Part shown: piece after piece, positions 55,023 through 64,000 of the stretch
Layout of the letters: each line of letters starts with the position of its first letter
How positions within the stretch are numbered: position 1 is the first letter of the stretch
Assembly (NCBI RefSeq): GCF_009914755.1
Contig: NC_060929.1
Origin: the human T2T-CHM13v2.0 reference genome, Homo sapiens
DNA length: 64,000 bases
Strand: one strand, 5' to 3'
Translations under genes and position numbers: made by a program
Notes under the pieces: generated by a model
The model's database searches: none
What the model saw: the letters and a program-made list of their open reading frames with translations, nothing else
Told to the model about the DNA's origin: nothing

Positions 55023-56262
55023 AAACATCATGGCAATTAAAGACATGGGAAATATGATATAATGCACATACTAAGTATAAGACATAATATCAAGCTGAGC
55101 CCAAACATATCAGTCACATAAAAAGTGTGAATGGGCGTCCCTCACCTTCTAAAAGAAATAAAGCTTAATTTTCAATTTATCTTACAAAGCAGGACCCCTT
55201 TATATGATGAATAAAAGAGAGACATCTAAAACAAATGATTTTAAAAGGCTAAAATGAAAGCAATAGGCAGGTATCAATCCTGATGTAAGGTAGAATTCAA
55301 AGTGAAAAAACATTGTGAGAAAGTCCTACACATTCATAATGTTAAAAGCCACAAAACACAATGAAGATGTCATAATTATAAATATCTATGCACAAAATAA
55401 TTCAGTTGCTTTCATAAAGCAAAATCTGCAAGAGATGAAAGGATGCATTGATAGGTGAAAAATAAGTGACTTTAACATACTACACTCAGTACATGATAGA
55501 TCAAGTATACAGAAAATAAGAAAATATATAAAAGTTGTAAGCAGCATAATCTATAAGGTAGACCATACACCTCTAAACACACACACAAAAACACCTCATA
55601 CCCAAATGATAGAAAACAGAACTTTTTTTCAGGTGCACCTGAGACATACATTAAAATTGATCATACAGTAATGTATAGTAAAAATATTGTTAAGCAACAA
55701 TATTTTCTTAAAATAGAGTGGAAATATTACAAACAAGACTCTTGGATCAAAACACAATACAAATAATAATTCTTAACAATATAAAATATGATAAAAAAAA
55801 CTTTGTACCTAGATGTTAAATACCTCCTTTTAAACAGCTGTTGGGTAAAAGAAGTACAAGGCCAAACTAATGAATTTCTAAAAAAAAAAAAAAAAAAAAA
55901 CAGTAATGAAAACACCAAATATGAAAATCTGTGGAATACATTTAAATCAGTGATCACAAGAAAATTCATAATAATAAAAGCTTTAATCAAAAAAGTTACA
56001 AATAAGTAAATGTTTCCAATTGAAAAGCTAAAAAGGAATTAAATGAAAAAAGAATATTAAGAAATAATAAATATATAAACAAAATTGAGATAGAAAATAG
56101 AAATAAAATAGTTTAATGAATTCATATATCAAAATATTATTTATTTGAAAAAAATTTAGAAAGACAAACTGAGAGATAACAATAAAATATAGGAGAAAGG
56201 AGGAAACTCAAATACAGAAAATAATGACAAGGAGAAAATACCTTTAAAACAGAAATAATAAT

Positions 56263-56552
56263 TTTCTTTTTTTGAGCCAGAGTCTTGCTATGTTGCCTAG
56301 GCTGGAGTGTAGTGGCACGATCCTGGCTCATTGCAACCTCTGCCTCCCAGGTTCAAGGGGTTCTCTTGACTCAGCCTCCTGAGTAGCTGGGATTACAGGC
56401 ACCCACCACCAGGCCCAGCTAATCTTTGTATTTTTAGTAGAGATGGGATTTCACCATGTTGGCCAGGCTGGTCATGAATTGCTGACCTCAAGTGATTCCG
56501 CCTCATCCTTCCAAAGTGTTGGGATCACAGGCGTGAGCCACCGTGCCAGGCC
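56263..56552 (-). mobile_element. AluS
   Basis: Dimeric Alu; TSD cagaaataa(t/c)aat. Confidence 0.93.
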
Positions 56553-57023
56553 CAGAAATAACAATATTAAAAGAGTCTGACAGTGTCTGTAACCACACTG
56601 AAAATATTAATTGTATATATACTTTCAGAACACTTAAAATTATTCTCTTAATGAACATATAACTAAAATTGCTATTTATTATCTGGAAATGATGTCTTAC
56701 AATGGTTTATCTCATCCAAGTAGATTTTATTATTTAATATGAAATATAATTAAATATGTTGTCACTTTCATAAATGATTAACAAATTATTCTGTAATGTG
56801 AATATTTGATATTTATTGTTTAAGGTTAAAGACCAACAGATGGTCATATTTGATTGGTTAATTTTGCAATGGATAGCATAACAAATGGACTATGAGAGTT
56901 TAAAGTCCTTTGCATTAATTTTTAAATCACCTTGAGTGAATTTCTCCACAGTTACTAAAAAACTGAAATTCCTAAATGAAATTTGAAATGTTACTGTAAA
57001 TTATAAGACCAAGATTCTTGGGC

Positions 57024-57340
57024 TTTCTTTGGTTTTTGTTTCGTTTTGTTTGTTTGTTTGTTTGTTTGTTTTGAGATGGAATCCTGCTCTGTTGCCCAGG
57101 CTGGTCTCGCTGCAACTTCCACCTCTGGGTTCTAGCCATTCTCTTGCTTCAGCCTCCCAAGCAGCTGGGATTACAGGCACCTGCCATCATCCTTGGCTAA
57201 TTTTTTTTTGTATATTTTTTAGTAGAGATGGGATTTCACCGTGTTGGCCAGGCTAGTCTCAAACTCCTGATCTCAGGTGATCTGCCTCCCTCGGCCTCCC
57301 AAAGTGCTGGGATTACAGGTGTGAGCCACCACGCCTGGGC
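57024..57340 (-). mobile_element. AluS with a (GTTT)n tail and a small right-arm deletion
   Basis: caggctggtctcgctgcaac lacks the usual agtgcagtggcgcga segment; TSD attcttggg. Confidence 0.92.
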
Positions 57341-60083
57341 AATTCTTGGGTTTTTAAATTGTTCTTTTTAATTTTTGTTCTTTTTAATAGAATTCATAAA
57401 AGCTGCTAATAACAAATTCCATAGATTGAATAAAACACAGTTCATGTATCTGGACACTGGCTATGTAGCCACCAGGTGATAAGGTGGCTATGCCAGGTTT
57501 AGCAAGTGATTTCCATTTCTGGTCTCACAGTGACTGCTCTCGTTACCACCATTTTTAGACAGCAGGAAAGGGCTTGTGGACATAAAGGAAAAGGCAGTAA
57601 TTTTTTAGGCAAGTTGAACCCAGTACTTCAACATACATCTCCAAGTCTAGTCTTATGTTCATAACTAGTTGCAAGGGCAGTTGATTACTGACAGGAAACG
57701 TGGAGAATATATTTTAGGGGTTCCATTAGATGGCTTTTTCACAAGATAGAATATCTACTTTTGTGTGATTAGAATATTTGGTGATTGATTGCTTGTTGTG
57801 AAATGACACTGAACCAGTACAGCAATTACAGATATGGATGGCTCTCATTTATGATTAGAGGATCTCAACATATTTTTCTATGTTGATAATATTGTTTATG
57901 TCAAAGCAATGGTGATTGCCCTTTTTATCTTGATTTTAATCAACTAATTGTACACACAGAAAAATTCTTTACAGTGTTATATTGGGTCATTATTTAAGAA
58001 TTATATTCTAAATGTGAATAAAATGATTTTTTAGCCTGTAACTGAAGTAACTTGCTTGTTTTTCATTAGTCTCATGACCACACCTAGCTCCAAAAAGTAA
58101 TAGAAAACATCATTTTCATTACAAGCATTTGTTTACCAAGCTGAGCTTTGAGGGTTCAATGACCAAGAAAAAATGGCAAATAGATAAAAATAAGTGAAAA
58201 AGAAGTAGCATCTACTAGCCTGTAGCTAAAATATACTAAAAGTCTATCCCCATAATCCCAGCAAAACATGTTAATTTACCTAATTTGCTATTTGATTTCC
58301 AATCCTGTGAAAGTGCTTACCTCTTTCAGCTCCATTGTAAAACTATTTGAAATGTTTTTAATTGCATTCTACAGTTCACTATTGGAATACCTTGTAGAGC
58401 TAGCATCAAATTCAGCTTGATTGGACATATAACCTTTGAAAACCCCCTTCCATTTGTCTACATAACTTTATGATTTCTGGTTCAACCCTTTAAACTTAAA
58501 GGTTTAAGGCGACAAAATTACTTTCGCTTGAACCTGTGAGTGACAACTTCTAGCAGATAGGGTACCCATCAGTGTCATTGATGTCTTTTAAAATAGTGAA
58601 AATGTCGACCTGTGTTCCCATGAATGTTCCTCCAGCCATCCAGCGTCATGTGAAGAAAATATATTTCCAAACTGTCTGTTACTTCTGATAAAAAAGCAAA
58701 CCTCAAGGGCACTTGGAGGTTTAGTTTATCAAAACAATTCTTTAAAAACGTTCCTGAGGAGGAACTGTTCAGGTCATCTGTCTTGATATCATGTCTTAAC
58801 CATTTCTAATTTGACTGTTTATATTCCTTCACATTTTGCTAGGTCTCCAGAGAAAAATTCACATTTCAAGGAAATTTATAATTTTTTCTGTGTCCTAAGA
58901 ATAGAGACAAACCCTTTTAAAACTACATTTACATGAATTATGAAAATAAAACAACTTTTAGCTATTTTTGCCAGATACATAATTTAATATTTTACTACGT
59001 ATCTTTAACACACGGTAGAAACTTTACCATTATGAAAACATCTAAAAATTAAAAATGGAAATGCAAGCAATAAGAAATGTTCTAAATCTCTGTTATAAAA
59101 TCTGTATACCAGTGAGTAATAGTAACATTATATGAAACAGACTTAGGAATTCTGAAGTAATTTTTCAATTCTTGAGAAACACTTTTTCTATTATTGTAAC
59201 TGTTTTATTTTGCTCTGTTGAATTTGAGAGCAGAATCACATTTGCTACTTAGTAATTAACAGATAAAATCTGTTATAATATGTCATTATAGATCATTGCC
59301 AAATAAAAAGCAAGCACCAGGTGGTTGTGCTTTATGTTAAGCTACAGTGCACATGCATTAGGACTTTTTTTTTTCTCTCAGGAAAATTGCAATTTATTTT
59401 AGAGATTCTTTACACTATGGAAGCTGTAGAGGAAGAAGCTGTTTTATACTAAACTGGAATCCATAAAGAAGTATGGTATCATCTCATGCTTTAATGCACT
59501 TTGCTGGGTTACTGTAATAAATAAGGCTTCCTTTATTTTCTTCCTTCTCCTCCTCCCCTTTCTCCTCCTCCTCTTCCTTCTCTTCATTTTTCTTCTTATT
59601 ATTATAATTGGACAATTGCATAGGCAACTGAAGCCAAATTATAATAAATCTTATTGTCTATCAATTGTTAATAAAACCTTAGATGATTGTTAACTTATAG
59701 ATACTCATTTTAGCCTCTACTTCATTGCCATTCTATTATATTCTGAGAGAAAAGATTTTCCATCCCCCAACAATGATGTGCCTCTTAATATTTGTCTGAA
59801 ATGTCTGAAATGTCTGTGTTCAAACACATGGGAGCTTGGATTGTTCACCTCTCATTGCACTCCTGTTAACATTCAAGCTCTTTTTGTGGACTTTGAAGTC
59901 CTACATGCTGAGACCTTTCTTAATCATTCTAGCTTTATCTTAAGCAGTCTTCCTCCTGTCCAGTATTGCTGGCTCTACTGGTCACCTCTCAACTCTTAAA
60001 ACAGAGCCAGCTGTTCCTCACTTTAGGGCTTTTAAATACGCCATTTCCCTCAGCTTTCTAGATTTCTCTTTTCCTCAGTATGG

Positions 60084-60210
60084 TTATTTATTTTAATTAA
60101 TTAATTAATTAATTAATAATTTTTTTGAGGGAGGGTCTCACTTTGTCACCCACACTGGAGTGCAGTGGCATGATCTGGGCTCACTGAAGCCTTGCCCTCC
60201 AGGGCCCAAG
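60084..60210 (-). mobile_element. 5'-truncated Alu fragment (J-like) with a (TTAA)n tail
   Basis: agggtctcactttgtcacccacactggagtgcagtggcatgatc...gctcactgaagcc. Confidence 0.85.
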
Positions 60211-63200
60211 CCCTTCTTGCTTTTTGAAAGTATCAGGGAGGCCACATCCTCACCCCACTTCCATCCTGACACTGAAACTTGTTTCTTTGATTTGTGCTGG
60301 TTTCCAGTCATATATTTACATTCTGTTAAATTATTGTTTGTCTTCCTCACAATATTTAAAATCAAGAATGGCAGGGACTATGTAAACTTTATTTACATAT
60401 ATATATGCACTTGAAATACAATAAAATATATTAATTATAAATCACTAAAATCAAGAAGAAAAATAACTATTTGACATACTATCCAATAAATGTCATATGC
60501 AGTCAATACTTAAGTATTAATGTTAAAAACTACTATATCTACTGTGGAAATAATTCGAATTGAATTGGAATCTCTTCTCTACCTTCCAAGTTCTTGTAAA
60601 TTAACAGACACAACAGACATATACAGAAAGAATTACCAGAATTAACACTTGTAGAACTGTTTCACCTGGTGAGAGCTAATACATTTAGTGTAATGCAGTG
60701 ATCCATTATTCTCCATATTTACTAGGAATTTCAGGAAATAATTATTTAAAGTTTATTAAAATGGAGTTAGTTGAAAGATCTTACTGAAATGGAAAATCTA
60801 TTATTTAGAGAATATTTTCTTTTCAACATATTTTAAAAAACACAAATGTGTATGTAACTGCTGTTTTATAAGCAGAAGAAAAATGATTTCTCTAGCTCTG
60901 AGATTTTGGGAATGGGCATTATTGCAACCTAAAGAAAAGAATTCCATAGTGTCTCTGTCTCCCTCACTTGAAAGGCCATCTTAAATATCTGCACTGTTTG
61001 GATACACCTTTTTTATCACTTACTTTTATTATATTAGCTTTACATTTCATAAAGGGAAAAAGATATTGAGTAATATTATGGGAAATTAAATGTACTCAGA
61101 GAATCAAAATGTTTATATACACTCTACTTCCAGTTTGGGTGTTCACACACTATATTTTTCCAATCATCCATTCAGAAATATGAGATGCTACTTAAAAAGC
61201 AGAAATTAAAAATATATGCAGGCTATTCAGAGATCATTTCCCCATAAAGTTCCCATGGTGCTAGTCAAGTTATTGAAACTTAGAGAAGTGGCAATAAAAT
61301 CCAGAAGTGAGACATAAAAAAAAACTTGTGCGAAAACTTTTTATACCATTCCTTAGTCCACTGTTTCACAGAGTGTGTTCAGATGAATAAATCTCCACTG
61401 ATTCTGCTTGAAAAAAGTATTCCATCTTCAAATAAGTTTGGTGAATGCTGCATATGAAATGCTCTTTGTGAACACTCACAATGCTCTGCACTCTAAGCAA
61501 TGCACAGTTGGTAGAAAGCTTCATATTAACCTAGGTTACTGTTTTCACTTCTTGTTAAAATGTTGGGAATTCCAGAGATATTTCTGCATGAAATGCACTG
61601 AAAGAACCTCCTTACTTGCAGCACCCTTGCGCTAAAGCACAGTGAACAGATATGAATCTGTCACATTAAATGCTAATCTTCTACTTGCTGACTTACCCAC
61701 ACTAAAAGGAAGTATGTTTAAACTTTCTGACCGTTTATTGTATTGTGGTTATTTTAGAGATATTGTCTGTTGAGAATTTTAAAATGTGCAAGCCTTTCTA
61801 TAACTCTACTTTAAAAAGTAAAATGAGAAAGGAAAGTTTAATACTGTAGAATGAATAGATGTGTCAGAGTGGAGATTCACTATTTATTATGAATTATCTT
61901 GCTTTTATTGGCTGCAGTCAAGCTTCTGAGGTTAAATAAACAGTTTTCTGAGACTGACTGACTATACTTCATTTGTACATAAACATGTTCAAGAACCATA
62001 ACGATATTAGAGGTTTCAGAGTGTTGTATACATTGAACAAATGCACACACTGTATCTGTAGATATTATTTATTCAACATTTGTCATGCATTTCAATGACT
62101 AAAAATCACATGTACATAGAAAACACTTCTGTAGGAATCAGCCGTCAGAGGTTCTTGTTTTCCTTCCAGAAGATAGCCGGCAAGAGAAAAAAGTATCTGA
62201 AGCATTCAATGCCATTCAAGTTCACATACTGAATAAACTTGCTGTCAGTCAAAAGTCAGATATGTTAGGCAAAGAAAAACAGCTTGTAAGTAAACATCAA
62301 TTCAGTTAGGTTGGAAAAAATAGGAAAAACCACAAGCACAATGGGCTAACTCACAGGTAGCTGCAGAGTGCTTCTGGTTTTACTCAGCTTAAGAGAGGAG
62401 AGAATGGAGTTTTGATATAGAGGTAGAAGAGCACTTTTCATTTCCTGATCCCTAGATATCTAGAATGCCCTTACATAACCCTCGGAGGAAAAAAAAATAA
62501 ACTTTAGTGTTTCAGTGTTGTTTGTTTGAAGATAACTTAAAACTCTAACAGATTTTGGTATGGTATAAATATTACAAGTTTTCTAGTCTTCATTATTAAT
62601 AAGCCTGAACTTATTGCAAACATTTTAATATATAAAGCAATAAGAATTAGTTGATAAATTATAAAACAAAAAAAAGCTAATGGGTCTTTAATAATGAGAA
62701 GCTAATTTTTAAAAATCAGGGAAAGTAAAATTAACTAATAATCATTATTTGTTTTTGTAGTTTGCCATTTTTGCTTTCTTTATTTAAAAAATGTTTTTTA
62801 AGTTAGTGAATTCTACATTGAGTGAAATAATATATGGAGAAGAAAAGTGAAGAAAATATTTTAATTCAAATCTATACATTTTGAATAGCACAGCTAAAAG
62901 TTATTCAGCACTGCCTCACTTAAAAAAGATAAATTTTTTGTCTTAGCTTTCAAAAGAAAAAGATCCAAAGGATAAATACTAAATAATTATTGCTTATTTC
63001 ATGACAATTACATTAATACTCCACTTGTGACTGGGAAATAGATATGTGAAGACAGGACATCCCAGCTTTAGTAATTAATTAGTAAATGTTAGTTATTTTA
63101 TTTTATTTTCAGAAATGTCCACACCTTATTGGACTTTCCTTAGTGTAACTTACAAACAAAACATTAAAATTTGTCATATAATTGATTTTCTTAAAGTATA

Positions 63201-63480
63201 CTGCCTAGTGTTTTTTTGAATTTCTTAATATAAAAGCAATTTAACTTAAACTCTATTAGCTCTATTTTTAAGTCTTTTATTACTTTCCATCAACTTTACA
63301 TCTATCCTAAAAAGTAATAACGATAAACCAAAAACTTATTTGTAGGTTCTCAAAATAGAAGACTTTTATAGGAATTTTTGGTTCATCAAAATAACTGCTC
63401 CTTCTATCATTAATTCATTCCCTAAATAAGTATTTCTTATGTACTTGAGAAACAACTTTTCATTTTAGACCCAAAATATT

Positions 63481-64000
63481 ATTTCAGGCCAATATCCTTG
63501 ATGAACATTGCAAAAATCCACAACAAAATACTGGCAAAGCAAATCCAGCAGCACATCAAAAAGCTTATCCACCACGATCATGTGGACTTCATCCCGGGGT
63601 TGCAAGTTTGGTTCAAAACACATAAATCAATAAATGTGATTAATCAGGTAAACAGAACTAAAGACAAAAAAAAAATGATTATTTCAACAGATGCCAGAAA
63701 GGCTTTTGATAAAATTTAACATACCTTCATGTTAAAAATTCTCAATAAACTAGGTATTGAAGGACCATACTTCAAAATAATAATAATATGACAAACCCGC
63801 AGTCAACATCATACTGAATGGGCATAAGCTGGAAGCATTCCCCTTGAAAACTGGAACAAGATAAAAATGTCCTCTCTAACCACTCCTATTCAATATAGTA
63901 TTTGAAGTTCTGGCCAGGGCAATCAGGCAAGAGAAAGAAATAAAGGGCATTCAAATAGGAAGAGAGGAAGTCAAACTATCCCAGCTAGCAAATGACATAA
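63481..64000 (+). mobile_element. 5'-truncated L1PA, ORF2 reverse-transcriptase region; continues past the window end
   Basis: ORF 63498-63719 ([27 protein letters not shown]...KSINVI...IISTDA.KAFDKI) is L1 ORF2 RT, with stops and indels. Confidence 0.95.

Larger units (their letters stand above)
52300..56262 (+). mobile_element. Degenerate old L1 (L1ME/HAL1-like): ORF1 region and ORF2 endonuclease region
   Basis: ORF1-like sequence at ~53850-54450; endonuclease-region motifs at 55100-56000 (gtgtgaatgggc, ataattataaatatctatgcac, tcaggtgcacctgagacat); peptide NENTKYENLWNTFKSVITRKFI. Confidence 0.6.

Noticed and set aside
63498-63719. Reverse-transcriptase ORF as a novel RT system
   Set aside because: It is a disrupted, 5'-truncated L1PA ORF2 fragment.

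Overview
Human (an AluYb8 copy is present), AT-rich, gene-poor intronic or intergenic DNA. I can support no protein-coding exon: the ORF-track entries are Alu-, L1-, MaLR- or microsatellite-derived, or chance ORFs. The window is mostly interspersed repeats: about 10 Alus, a two-LTR THE1 provirus inside older MLT1 sequence, a near full-length old L1 carrying an MST LTR and an LTR12, solo LTRs (LTR8A, MER54-like, MSTD-like, LTR33-like, MLT1), Tigger3, L2/MIR, and an L1PA fragment running off the right end. There are two small-RNA retrocopies: a BC200 (BCYRN1)-type copy at ~3.4 kb and a full-length U1 pseudogene at ~13.3 kb. The main signal that repeat annotation does not explain is a series of local templated duplications. 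Two are inverted (6064-6782, 23769-25372), two are dispersed direct (4411/7692, 54799/55536), one is tandem (7930-8075), and there are several micro fold-backs; some have junction microhomology consistent with template-switch repair. I found no evidence of a new gene system. Repeat family names come from recalled consensus sequences and were not checked by alignment.
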